From Chloroflexota bacterium (GTDB lineage: Bacteria > Chloroflexota > Dehalococcoidia > Lucifugimonadales > UBA2985): 64,000 nt of DNA. The first letter of the stretch is position 1. The number at the start of each line of letters is the position of its first letter. The notes under the pieces were generated by a model. It saw only the letters and a program-made list of their open reading frames with translations, was not told the DNA's origin and ran no database searches. Shown here one piece after another: positions 18,386 to 27,556 of the stretch. Made by a program: the position numbers and the translations under genes. The DNA lies in NCBI GenBank assembly GCA_027622595.1, contig JAQBZZ010000005.1, positions 82 to 64,081 on the forward strand, read 5' to 3'.

Positions 18386-20079
18386 GTACGATGGCGACGC
18401 GACCAGGCACAATTGAATTTGAGAACGTTGGAATTGGAACTGCTTTGCTTAGGAATCGGCTCAATGTTCCTCCTAACCAAAGAGAGTATTCCTGGGAAGA
18501 AGAACATGTGCAAGATTTGTTTCAAGACCTAGCTGGTGCCATTGACTCTGGCAAGTCCTCATATTTCTTAGATACAATTGTCCTTACCCCTGGATCGGAG
18601 GAAGCATTTGAGGTTGCCGATGGTCAACAAAGACTAGCAACAACAACGATTCTTCTGGCAGTAATTCGCGACTATTTTCAAGACCGGAATGAGAATCTCC
18701 TTGTCCAAGATCTTAATCAGTTCCTGTACACCGTCGTGAGAGAAACGCGTGAGATACAGCCAAGATTGCGCTTGAATATTGATGACAATGAATTCTTCAA
18801 AAATAGGATATTGTCAAAAAGAGGCGATGCTCTAAGACGCAGTGCAAGGCCAACTAAGCCAAGTCACGATAGGATTATAGCCGCGGCGCGGATGGCTGAG
18901 GAACTCATACTGCGAATAATTGCTCCACACAATGACCAGAATCGTATAGAGCGTCTAAATCAGTGGGTTGGCTATTTAGAGAAATCTGCATTAGTAATAG
19001 TTCTCAAAGTGCCCGATGACCTGAATGCATATGTGATGTTTGAGACGCTCAACGATAGGGGTCTTCGTACCTCTCAGGCTGACCTAGCGAAGAACCATCT
19101 CTTTAATTTGGCAGATGATCGCCTAGTTGAAGCCCAACAAAGATGGGCGGCTATGAATGGTGCTTTGGATACTCTTGAAGAAAATGATGTGACAATTACC
19201 TACTTGAGACATTTGTTGATTTCACTGTGGGGACATACGCGAGAACGTGAGGTGTTTGATAAGGTTAAGGAGCACGTTATAGCTAAACAGCATTCAATTG
19301 AGTTTCTAGACGCTCTTGCTAACAATGCAAACGACTATGTAGCAATTCAGACGCCTACCCACTCAAAGTGGAACGACTACGCTCCAAATATCCGAAAACA
19401 TGTCCGCACGATGGCCTTTTTACAGCTAACTCCTCTGCGACCTCTTATGCTGGCCGTAAGTAGTAGCTTCTCTAAACGACAGATGGAACTCGCCTTTCGC
19501 CAATTCGTATGCTGGTCTGTCAGATTTCTTGTGTCTGGTGGAGCAAGAAGTGGGCGTATGGAAGAAGCAGTTGCCAGGGCAGCGCAAGAAGTGAGTAATG
19601 GCAGGATAGATACTGCGCAAAAACTGACCAACCAGCTACAAGACGTTCTACCCACAGACCCTATTTTCGAGGCGAAGTTTGCTACCGAGACAGTGGCAAA
19701 GAATGCTCTTGCGCGTTATTACCTAAGGGCGCTTGAACGAAAACTACAGAATGACCCCTCTCCAGAATGGGTGCCCAACGAGGACACTGTTATCACTCTG
19801 GAACACGTACTGCCTCAGAATCCAAGTGAACAATGGACGGATATCGATCCAGCCTTAATGGCGGCCTATTACAGGCGTATAGGGAATATGGTACTTCTAC
19901 GGGCAGGCCTTAACAATAACATCGGTAATAAGACATTTGCTGAGAAGAAACCAGTCATTGCAGAGTCCACTTTTGTACTAACACAGGAAGTGGCAAAGTA
20001 TGATACCTGGGGGCCAGTAGAGATTGAGGAACGCCAGAAGAAATTGGCCAAGATTGCATTGGAAACTTGGCCCTTGTAA
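18382..20079 (+). CDS. DUF262/DUF1524 (GmrSD-like) nuclease, probable type IV restriction / defence enzyme
   Basis: 565 aa. N-terminal REYSW and DGQQRLATTTILLAV (DUF262). C-terminal TLEHVLPQNP ... GNMVLLRAGLNNNIGNKTFAEKK (DUF1524 His-Me finger). AT-richer than flanks. ATG at 18391 is an alternative start. Confidence 0.8.
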   Translation: MSTMATRPGTIEFENVGIGTALLRNRLNVPPNQREYSWEEEHVQDLFQDLAGAIDSGKSSYFLDTIVLTPGSEEAFEVADGQQRLATTTILLAVIRDYFQDRNENLLVQDLNQFLYTVVRETREIQPRLRLNIDDNEFFKNRILSKRGDALRRSARPTKPSHDRIIAAARMAEELILRIIAPHNDQNRIERLNQWVGYLEKSALVIVLKVPDDLNAYVMFETLNDRGLRTSQADLAKNHLFNLADDRLVEAQQRWAAMNGALDTLEENDVTITYLRHLLISLWGHTREREVFDKVKEHVIAKQHSIEFLDALANNANDYVAIQTPTHSKWNDYAPNIRKHVRTMAFLQLTPLRPLMLAVSSSFSKRQMELAFRQFVCWSVRFLVSGGARSGRMEEAVARAAQEVSNGRIDTAQKLTNQLQDVLPTDPIFEAKFATETVAKNALARYYLRALERKLQNDPSPEWVPNEDTVITLEHVLPQNPSEQWTDIDPALMAAYYRRIGNMVLLRAGLNNNIGNKTFAEKKPVIAESTFVLTQEVAKYDTWGPVEIEERQKKLAKIALETWPL

Positions 20080-20143
20080 TTACCTAAACTTCCTTACGCA
20101 GAATATAAGGTGAAGGGTTTTGTACCTGCAGGAGAAAGCGACC

Positions 20144-21418
20144 ATGACCACAGCGACAACTGACCTGGACGCTAAGGGCAAGGCGGCCCGCGCCGCGGCG
20201 CGGAAACTGGCCCGGCTGTCGTCCAGTGTTAAAGACCAGGCGCTTTTTAACATCGCCGATGCCCTGAAGACCCAAGAGGAAAAAATACTCGCGGCCAACG
20301 CCAAGGACATCCAGGCTGGCAAGGACAGAGGCCTAAGCGAGGCCTTGCTCGACCGCCTGATGCTCAACGCGTCCCGTCTGGAGAGTATGGCAGAGGACGT
20401 GCGTTCCGTGGCCGCCCTGCCTGACCCGATAGGGGAGACGTTCGAACAGCGCATCATGCCAAACGGCCTCCAGGTGGGCCGCCGTCGTGTGCCCCTGGGT
20501 GTCATCGGCGCCATCTACGAGAGCCGTCCCAACGTCACCGTAGATATTTCCGTCCTTTGCCTCAAATCGGGGAATGCCGTCATATTACGGGGTGGCAGCG
20601 AGGCCATCCACTCCAACACCGTGTTGGCCAGGGTCGTGCGGGACTCCATAGCCGGGGCGGGTGTGCCGCAGGACGCGGTGCAGTTCATTGACTCTCCGGA
20701 CCGGGCGCTGGTGGAGCGTATGCTCTCCATGAAAGAGTACATAGACCTGATGATACCCAGGGGCGGTGCCGACCTCATCCGCTACGTTGGCGAAAACGCC
20801 CGTATGCCGGTCATCACAGGAGGTATCGGCGTGTGCCATACCTACGTGGACAAGGACGCAAACGTGGAGAATGCCGTTGCCATCGCCTACAACGCCAAGG
20901 TGCAGCGGCCCACCGTTTGCAACGCCCTTGACACCCTTCTGGTGCACTCGGAGATCGCACCCAGATACCTGCCGGCCATCGCTCAGGAATGGACCAAGGC
21001 TGGAGTGGAGATGCATTGCGACAGCCGCGCTCTGAGCATTCTCGGCCCGTCCGAGGCGTTCAACCTGAAGCCTGCCACCGAAGACGACTGGGGCATGGAG
21101 TTTCTCTCCCTCACCGCCGCGGTGAAGGTTGTGGACTCCCTGGATGAGGCCCTTGAGCACATTGAGCGGTACGGTTCGGGCCACTCGGAGGCTATCATCA
21201 CCGAGAACTACTCCAAGGCCATGCGGTTTCTGGACGACGTGGATGCCGCCGCGGTGTTCGTCAACGCCAGCACACGCTTCACCGACGGAAGCCAGTTTGG
21301 CCTTGGTGCGGAGGTTGCCATCAGCACCAACAAGATGCACGCCCGCGGCCCAATGGGGCTGAGGGAACTGACATCATACAAGTGGACAGTCCTTGGTAAC
21401 GGCCAGGTGCGGAGCTAG
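20144..21418 (+). CDS. proA: gamma-glutamyl phosphate reductase
   Basis: 424 aa from ATG 20144, which has a GGAGA SD; the track start at 20120 is TTG. YESRPNVT and the catalytic-Cys context CNALDTLLVH. Confidence 0.93.
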   Translation: MTTATTDLDAKGKAARAAARKLARLSSSVKDQALFNIADALKTQEEKILAANAKDIQAGKDRGLSEALLDRLMLNASRLESMAEDVRSVAALPDPIGETFEQRIMPNGLQVGRRRVPLGVIGAIYESRPNVTVDISVLCLKSGNAVILRGGSEAIHSNTVLARVVRDSIAGAGVPQDAVQFIDSPDRALVERMLSMKEYIDLMIPRGGADLIRYVGENARMPVITGGIGVCHTYVDKDANVENAVAIAYNAKVQRPTVCNALDTLLVHSEIAPRYLPAIAQEWTKAGVEMHCDSRALSILGPSEAFNLKPATEDDWGMEFLSLTAAVKVVDSLDEALEHIERYGSGHSEAIITENYSKAMRFLDDVDAAAVFVNASTRFTDGSQFGLGAEVAISTNKMHARGPMGLRELTSYKWTVLGNGQVRS

Positions 21419-21458
21419 CGTTACCGGTACAAAAACCTAGAGATGGAGAGTATACAAC

Positions 21459-21773
21459 ATGGCTGACTACGGCTTGGAGCGGGAGTGTCGAACCCCTTAT
21501 TCAGAGGTGTACACTGTCCTTGAGGAGGATGAGCCCATAGGACGTCTGGACATTCACCTGACTCCCGTCGTGATTCACGCCACCCTGTGCATAGATGAGA
21601 GCCTCACGCAGGAGGCTATCCAGGAACTCATCTCGTACATAGACGATGAGGTGGTAGATGTGGTCGGGGTCTCCAGAGACGAGTTCATAATCCACGTCCA
21701 TCAGGGCCATGACGTTGGTGTGTTCAGCAACCACGAGGATTTCGATGGAAACGGGGGCAGGGAAGGGGCGTAG
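21459..21773 (+). CDS. hypothetical acidic protein, 104 aa
   Basis: GGAGAG SD and clean ORF. No family recognised. Confidence 0.55.
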   Translation: MADYGLERECRTPYSEVYTVLEEDEPIGRLDIHLTPVVIHATLCIDESLTQEAIQELISYIDDEVVDVVGVSRDEFIIHVHQGHDVGVFSNHEDFDGNGGREGA

Positions 21774-21784
21774 TGACCGAACCC

Positions 21785-22900
21785 TTATAGCCCCCGGGGC
21801 TGCTCCTCCAGGATCACGCTCAGGGTCTTGGCGTCCTTACCCCTAACTATCGTCACCTCTGTCTCGTGGCCGATATCGTATCCGCGTATCGCCCTCTGAA
21901 GCTGCTTGGTGGTATCAACCTCCACTCCATCGAAAGCGACGATGACATCGCCCGCAAGCATGCCTGCCTGTTCTGCAGGGCTTCCCCGGTCAACGCGAGC
22001 TATCAGGACTCCGCGGCTAACCGATAGGCCTTGCTGAGAAGCGATGATGGGTGTCACGTCCCCCCTGACTCCCACACCCAGCCAGGCGACTATCACCCGT
22101 CCGTGCTCCAGGATGGACTCCACAACGGGGGTCACAGTGAAGGTGCTCACGGCGAACCCGATCCCTTCCCCTCCCTGAGTCTTGGCGGTGTTTATACCAA
22201 CTACCCGGCCTTCCAGGTTGATCAGGGGGCCTCCGCTGTTGCCTGGATTGATGGCCGCATCGGTCTGAATCATGTCGAAGAGAGTAGAGCTCTCGGTGTC
22301 TATGACCCTGTTCAGGGCACCCACAATCCCCAGTGTGACGGTAGGCCCGCCCTCCAGCGCCAGGGCGTTGCCGATGGCTATCACCCAATCTCCCACACTT
22401 AACGTGTCCGGTCCTGCGAACTCCGCCGAGGCATAGTTGCCCTTTGGAATCTTGATGACCGCCAGGTCTGAATAAGGATCGCGTCCCACCAACTCCGCCT
22501 CAAAGGTGCGCTCATCCACAAGGAATACGGTTATCCTGTACGCTCCCTCCACCACGTGGTTGTTGGTGACAATGAGTCCTTCAGAATCGAAGATGACGCC
22601 GGTGCCTGCACTGTCCTGCTCAACCGTTCTACATCCAAAGAAACGGTCACACTGCTCTTTCCGGGCCTGAATTGCGATGGATACCACCGAAGGCTTCACC
22701 TTCGCCACAATTTCTGATACGGACGGTAGAAGGGATCCGTCGGTGTTCGGCGGGGATGTGGTTGATGTGGCAGTTGCAGTGGGGAGAGGTGTGACGGTGG
22801 GGTAGGCTCCCGTGGAACATGCCAGAGCTATTAGGGGCAGTATTCCCGCTGCAAGAACAAGCCACGCGAACTGCTTTTTCAGTTTTTTCATATTTTTCAT
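21785..22900 (-). CDS. htrA: HtrA/DegP-family serine protease with one PDZ domain
   Basis: TNNHVV, DLAVIK and GNSGGPLIN triad contexts. Signal/anchor MKNMKKLKKQFAWLVLAAG. Start 22900 or 22891 preferred over 22951. Confidence 0.88.
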   Translation of the reverse strand: MKNMKKLKKQFAWLVLAAGILPLIALACSTGAYPTVTPLPTATATSTTSPPNTDGSLLPSVSEIVAKVKPSVVSIAIQARKEQCDRFFGCRTVEQDSAGTGVIFDSEGLIVTNNHVVEGAYRITVFLVDERTFEAELVGRDPYSDLAVIKIPKGNYASAEFAGPDTLSVGDWVIAIGNALALEGGPTVTLGIVGALNRVIDTESSTLFDMIQTDAAINPGNSGGPLINLEGRVVGINTAKTQGGEGIGFAVSTFTVTPVVESILEHGRVIVAWLGVGVRGDVTPIIASQQGLSVSRGVLIARVDRGSPAEQAGMLAGDVIVAFDGVEVDTTKQLQRAIRGYDIGHETEVTIVRGKDAKTLSVILEEQPRGL

Positions 22901-23014
22901 AAAAGGTTCGCCTGGAGATGATTCTTTTCCCACTGGGAGGAGAGGCAACATGGCCGCAACAGATGAGAAAGACTTGCTCAGGAGCCCGCGAAAATGGCCT
23001 ACCGTTGCAAGCCC

Positions 23015-23914
23015 TTACTCCCGGCTCACCGGCTGCAGGCTGGCCCTGGCGATTTCCATGATATCCTCCAACTCCCTCTCTTTGGCGGATCGGTATAGGG
23101 CATAGCGGTAGGTTATGAGCGACCCGAAGAGAAGGATGACCGCCGATACGTATACCCACGTTAGTAGTGCCACTATGCTGCCAACGGAGCCATACACAGA
23201 GGAGTACACCGAGTAGTTTGTCACGTACCACACAAATGCGTTCTTGATGACCTCAAAAGCAATTGTGGCGGCGATAGCCCCAGGCAATGCCTCCATCAGC
23301 TTTACCTTTGTGTTTGGGAGAAACCAGTAGATACCAACAAAGACTATGAAGGAAAGTGCTGGCGGAATGAGCGAAGCAAGTCTATCCCAGAGGAGGTCGC
23401 CGTTGACATGGGTCTCCAGGGTTATGAACTCCAGTATCTCCCTGAGGTAAGCAAGGACAGCTGTGGAAGATATGGATATGAGCATCAGGATGGCGGCTCC
23501 CAACATTAGGGAGATGTCTATGAGCCGTTCCTGAAGAAACGGCCTTGGTCTTGTGATACCCCAGGTGGCGTTGACACCCTTTCGTATGGCGCCGAATACG
23601 GCTGTCCCCGCCCATAGAAGACCGACGATACCGGCGGACCCTGCAAAGCTCCTGCTGGTCAGCGTGCCGCTAAGAACATCGCTGACCGTCTTCTTGGAGA
23701 CCGGGGCCTGTTCTGCGACACGCTGGGCAAGGTCTTCAATGGAGTCTGGCCCCAGGAAGAAACTCAGTCCGAATATAATGGCCAGGGCCAGAGGGAATAG
23801 AGAAAAAAGGGCGTAGTAGGATATAGCAGCGGCCAACTGGGGTCCGTTCTTCCCCAAGAAGTCGTTAACAGCCCGGGCCGAGATACCTACAAGTTCAAAA
23901 AGTCCAGCTAGCAA
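23015..23914 (-). CDS. YihY/BrkB-family membrane protein
   Basis: 299 aa, polytopic. AAAISYYALFSLFPLALAI motif. Confidence 0.75.
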   Translation of the reverse strand: MLAGLFELVGISARAVNDFLGKNGPQLAAAISYYALFSLFPLALAIIFGLSFFLGPDSIEDLAQRVAEQAPVSKKTVSDVLSGTLTSRSFAGSAGIVGLLWAGTAVFGAIRKGVNATWGITRPRPFLQERLIDISLMLGAAILMLISISSTAVLAYLREILEFITLETHVNGDLLWDRLASLIPPALSFIVFVGIYWFLPNTKVKLMEALPGAIAATIAFEVIKNAFVWYVTNYSVYSSVYGSVGSIVALLTWVYVSAVILLFGSLITYRYALYRSAKERELEDIMEIARASLQPVSRE

Positions 23915-24152
23915 GTTCAGAGTTCCATGGCATATTGAAGCCAGCCAAAATCCTATGTAATCCTCTCCTAAATGTCAAGTCTTGGTTATGAATGAGACAG
24001 GGCTCAGTCTTATTGCAAACACTGGTGATCCGGACAGGCACATACGAGTATCGGAGCACAACCTCCTATGTGTTCCGCCTTGATTTGGTCTCTAACCCCC
24101 CTTATAATCAACCCGACCCTGACTTGGCAACCATTCTTTGTACAAGGAACAC

Positions 24153-24569
24153 ATGTCACATATCACTGACTTCCATGTGGGATACGAGTTCATTCCCGTA
24201 CGATTTCAGCTTAATGCCGAGGAAGTAGCCCTATATCTTCAAGCCGTTGGGGAGTCGAATGCTCTCTTTCGGCAACAGAAACTTGTTCCTCTCACCGCTC
24301 TGGCGGCCTACGGCCTACGGGGTATCCTCATAGAGATCGGCCTTCCGCCGGGGGCTATCCACTCTGCCCAGGAAACGTCTGTTTCCAGGGCCATCACATC
24401 CGACGAAACCATCGTCTTCAGTGCAAAGCTGACACAGAACGCGGTCTGGAAGGGCTGGCGATTTGTAACGGTGGACTACACAGGTGTCGATGAAAGTGAG
24501 AAGCAGGTCCTTTATGGAAGGAGCACCGTGGTCATACCAGAGGAACAGAGAGGAGACACCGGCCAATGA
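24153..24569 (+). CDS. hotdog-fold protein, non-catalytic HadA-like dehydratase partner
   Basis: 138 aa from ATG 24153. Hotdog-like, with no MaoC catalytic motif. ATGA overlap with the next gene. Confidence 0.6.
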   Translation: MSHITDFHVGYEFIPVRFQLNAEEVALYLQAVGESNALFRQQKLVPLTALAAYGLRGILIEIGLPPGAIHSAQETSVSRAITSDETIVFSAKLTQNAVWKGWRFVTVDYTGVDESEKQVLYGRSTVVIPEEQRGDTGQ

Positions 24570-24988
24570 AACTCGGCGATGCTCTTCCTTCCATAAGCAA
24601 GGTTGTGATTCAAGAAGATATCAAGACGTATGCAGATGCAAGCGGAGACCAAAACCCGCTTCATCAGGACCAGGCATTTGCTGCCTCGACTCACTTTGGT
24701 CGGGTTGTGGCACACGGCATGCTGGTACTTGCCTATGTGTCTGAGATGATGGCCCAGGCCTTCGGGCATCACTGGCTGGAGACCGGAGGCCTCAAGACCC
24801 GTTTCCGGGCCCCGGTGTATCCGGGAGATCGAGTGGTCACCTTCGGAGAAGTCGTGAAGCTGGTTGAAGAGAACGGTGATGTTCATCTGACGTGCTTCAT
24901 AGGATGCCGCAACGAGGATGGCGAAGAAGTGGTAAACGGAGAGGCGTGGGTTACAATACCGAATGAGAACAGCAAGGATGTGACCTAG
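24566..24988 (+). CDS. MaoC-domain (R)-specific dehydratase/hydratase (HadB-like)
   Basis: 140 aa. DQNPLHQD....VAHGML motif. Confidence 0.8.
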   Translation: MKLGDALPSISKVVIQEDIKTYADASGDQNPLHQDQAFAASTHFGRVVAHGMLVLAYVSEMMAQAFGHHWLETGGLKTRFRAPVYPGDRVVTFGEVVKLVEENGDVHLTCFIGCRNEDGEEVVNGEAWVTIPNENSKDVT

Positions 24989-26028
24989 TGGCCAGCGTGC
25001 AAGATAAACCCAGATACCGCATAGCCGTCGATGCAATGGGCGGTGACCACGCCCCGGGAGAGATAGTTAAGGGTGCTGTGGATGCAGCGGCCCGGGGTAA
25101 TGTGGACGTGCTGCTGGTGGGCGACCCGGAGGCAATAAAAGAAATGTTGCCCTCGTCCGTTCCTGATACTCTTCAGATTGTTCCATCCCAGGGCGTGATA
25201 ATGGAGGACGAGCATCCTCTGGAAGCCCTTCGCTCCAAACCCAGGGCCTCCATCATCGTGGCCGCGGGGCTGGTGAAAGCGGGTAAGGCAGACGCCTACG
25301 TGACTATGGGTTCCACCGGGGCAGCGATGGCCGCAGGCGTGGTTGCCCTTGGAAACCTGGAAGGGGTGGATAGACCCGCTTTGGGTGGGCCGTTTCTGGG
25401 CCTGGCTCCCAGGACCACACTTGTAGACCTTGGTACCAGTATAGATAATCGTCCCTCCCAGTTGCTGAACCACGGCATACTTGGCTCGGTCTTCGCCAAG
25501 GTCCTTCTTGGCATTGATAACCCAACTGTGGCCCTGCTCAGTGTTGGAGCGGAAGAGGGAAAGGGTAACCGGCAGGTTAGAGAAGCCTACCCGCTTTTTC
25601 GCCAGAGCGGCCTGAACTTCATAGGGAACGTGGAAGGTGTGGACGTTCCTCTTGGGAAGGCTGACGTGGTTGTCTGCGACGGCTTTGTCGGCAATATCCT
25701 CATGAAGTTCGCCGAAGGTATGGGAATGGCCGTAGTGGAGTACCTCAAGGCCAGGGCTCCTAATGGGTCGGAGAAAATGGTGGGGGAACTCCTTGGAGAA
25801 CTGGCCAACCTTACCAATTACGTGGAGCACATAGGGGGCGGCCCCCTCCTTGGCTTGAACGGCGTCGCCATCGTGGGGCACGGCAGGTCCAAGGCTCCCT
25901 CCGTCACAGCGGCCATCGACATGGCCTGTACGGCCCTGGAACGGGGCTTGGTCGAACTGATGAGCCGAGAGCTGGCACAGGTACGGTCAAGAGTGGGGAG
26001 TGAAGGACAAGCAGGAGAAGTAGCTTGA
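24988..26028 (+). CDS. plsX: phosphate acyltransferase
   Basis: 346 aa. RIAVDAMGGDHAP N-terminus. GTG start shares one base with the upstream stop. Confidence 0.92.
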   Translation: MASVQDKPRYRIAVDAMGGDHAPGEIVKGAVDAAARGNVDVLLVGDPEAIKEMLPSSVPDTLQIVPSQGVIMEDEHPLEALRSKPRASIIVAAGLVKAGKADAYVTMGSTGAAMAAGVVALGNLEGVDRPALGGPFLGLAPRTTLVDLGTSIDNRPSQLLNHGILGSVFAKVLLGIDNPTVALLSVGAEEGKGNRQVREAYPLFRQSGLNFIGNVEGVDVPLGKADVVVCDGFVGNILMKFAEGMGMAVVEYLKARAPNGSEKMVGELLGELANLTNYVEHIGGGPLLGLNGVAIVGHGRSKAPSVTAAIDMACTALERGLVELMSRELAQVRSRVGSEGQAGEVA

Positions 26029-26768
26029 GCATTAACGGAAAAGTAGCCCTCGTCACAGGTGGATCAAGGGGAATAGGCAGAGCAGTTGCCCTCAGGCTGG
26101 CAAGGGACGGCGTAAAGGTGGCAATCAACTACAAGTCCAACGCAGAAGCCGCCCAGTGGGTGGTGGATGCTGTGACCGAGATGGGTGGGGAGGCCATGGC
26201 CGTGAGCGCAGATGTGTCTAAAAGCGAAAGAGTGGAGGCTATGGTTAAGCAGGTCGCGGACTCCTGGGGCAGTATCGATATCCTGGTGAATAATGCAGGC
26301 ATCATCCACGATGGTCTGCTGATGCGGATGACGGAAGAGGTCTGGGACGAAGTCATAAACACCAACCTCAAAGGGACGTACAACTGCACCAAGGCCGTCC
26401 TAAAGTTCATGGTGCGCAAGCGGTGGGGCCGCATAATCAACGTTGTATCGGTAGTTGGTCTGGAGGGCAACCCGGGCCAGTCCAACTATGCCGCTTCCAA
26501 GGCTGGCGTAATAGCCTTCTCAAGGAGCATAGCCAAAGAGGTGGCAGGTCGAAATATTACAGTCAATTCCGTAGCGCCGGGTTACATTGCCACGGAGATC
26601 GTGGCCGATCTATCTCCGGAATTCAAAGAGTTGATCTTCTCCCGCATTCCTCAGAACAGGTTCGGTACCGTGGACGACGTGGCCAACATGGTTGGTTACC
26701 TGGCCAGCGAGGAAGCCAACTACATAACCGGAGAGGTCATACGGGTGGACGGCGGCATCGAACTGTGA
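26025..26768 (+). CDS. fabG: 3-oxoacyl-[ACP] reductase
   Basis: 247-aa SDR. TGGSRGIG, NNAG, YAASKAG. TTG start overlaps the plsX stop. Confidence 0.9.
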   Translation: MSINGKVALVTGGSRGIGRAVALRLARDGVKVAINYKSNAEAAQWVVDAVTEMGGEAMAVSADVSKSERVEAMVKQVADSWGSIDILVNNAGIIHDGLLMRMTEEVWDEVINTNLKGTYNCTKAVLKFMVRKRWGRIINVVSVVGLEGNPGQSNYAASKAGVIAFSRSIAKEVAGRNITVNSVAPGYIATEIVADLSPEFKELIFSRIPQNRFGTVDDVANMVGYLASEEANYITGEVIRVDGGIEL

Positions 26769-26796
26769 AGACTTACTGGTTATCTGCGAGTCTGTT

Positions 26797-27549
26797 ATGT
26801 CCCTCAACGGAAAAGTAGCCCTCGTCACAGGCGGTTCCAGAGGAATCGGCAAAGCGATCTCCCTGGAATTGGCTAGGCAGGGCGCCAGCGTCATCGTCAG
26901 CTATGCCCGCAACGCTCAGGAAGCAGGGGCAACCGCCGATGAAATCCGCGCCCTGGGAGTGACCTGTCTTCCCCTGAGAGCCCATCTAGGAGAGCCGGAC
27001 AGGATCAAGCAGATGTTCCAGCGTGTGGAAAAAGAGTTCGGGCGGCTGGACATCCTGGTGAATAACGCCGCTTCGGGTGTGCAGAGGGCGGCCCTTGACC
27101 TGGAGATCAAGCACTGGGACTGGACTCTGGACATCAACACCAGGGCGCCGTGGTTATGTGCCAAAGAGGCGGCACCCATGATGCCAAGCGGTGGACGCAT
27201 TATCAACATAACCAGCCTTGGCTCGCGTCTCGTGCTCCACAACTACCTGGCCGTAGGCGTATCCAAGGCCGGGTTGGAGGCCCTGACACGCTATCTCGCG
27301 GTCGAGCTTGCATCCAAGGGCATTGTGGTGAACGCGGTCGCCGGCGGGCTGGTGGACACAGATGCGTTGAGGCATTTCCCGAACCGGGATGAGATGATCG
27401 GCGACTCCCTCAAGCGCACCCCCGCAGGACGCCTGGTCACTCCTGAAGACATGGCAAGGGCAGTGACGTTCCTGTGCAGCGACGCAGCCGAGATGATCCG
27501 CGGTCAGGTCATTGTGGTCGACGGTGGCATCTCGCTGATGGGTTTTTGA
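26797..27549 (+). CDS. fabL: enoyl-[ACP] reductase, FabL type (SDR)
   Basis: 250 aa. Full-length resemblance to B. subtilis FabL as recalled (SYARN, NNAASGV, HWDWT.DIN, VGVSKAGLEALTRYLAVEL, DTDALRHFPNR, TPAGR). Confidence 0.8.
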   Translation: MSLNGKVALVTGGSRGIGKAISLELARQGASVIVSYARNAQEAGATADEIRALGVTCLPLRAHLGEPDRIKQMFQRVEKEFGRLDILVNNAASGVQRAALDLEIKHWDWTLDINTRAPWLCAKEAAPMMPSGGRIINITSLGSRLVLHNYLAVGVSKAGLEALTRYLAVELASKGIVVNAVAGGLVDTDALRHFPNRDEMIGDSLKRTPAGRLVTPEDMARAVTFLCSDAAEMIRGQVIVVDGGISLMGF

Positions 27550-27556
27550 ATAGGCC

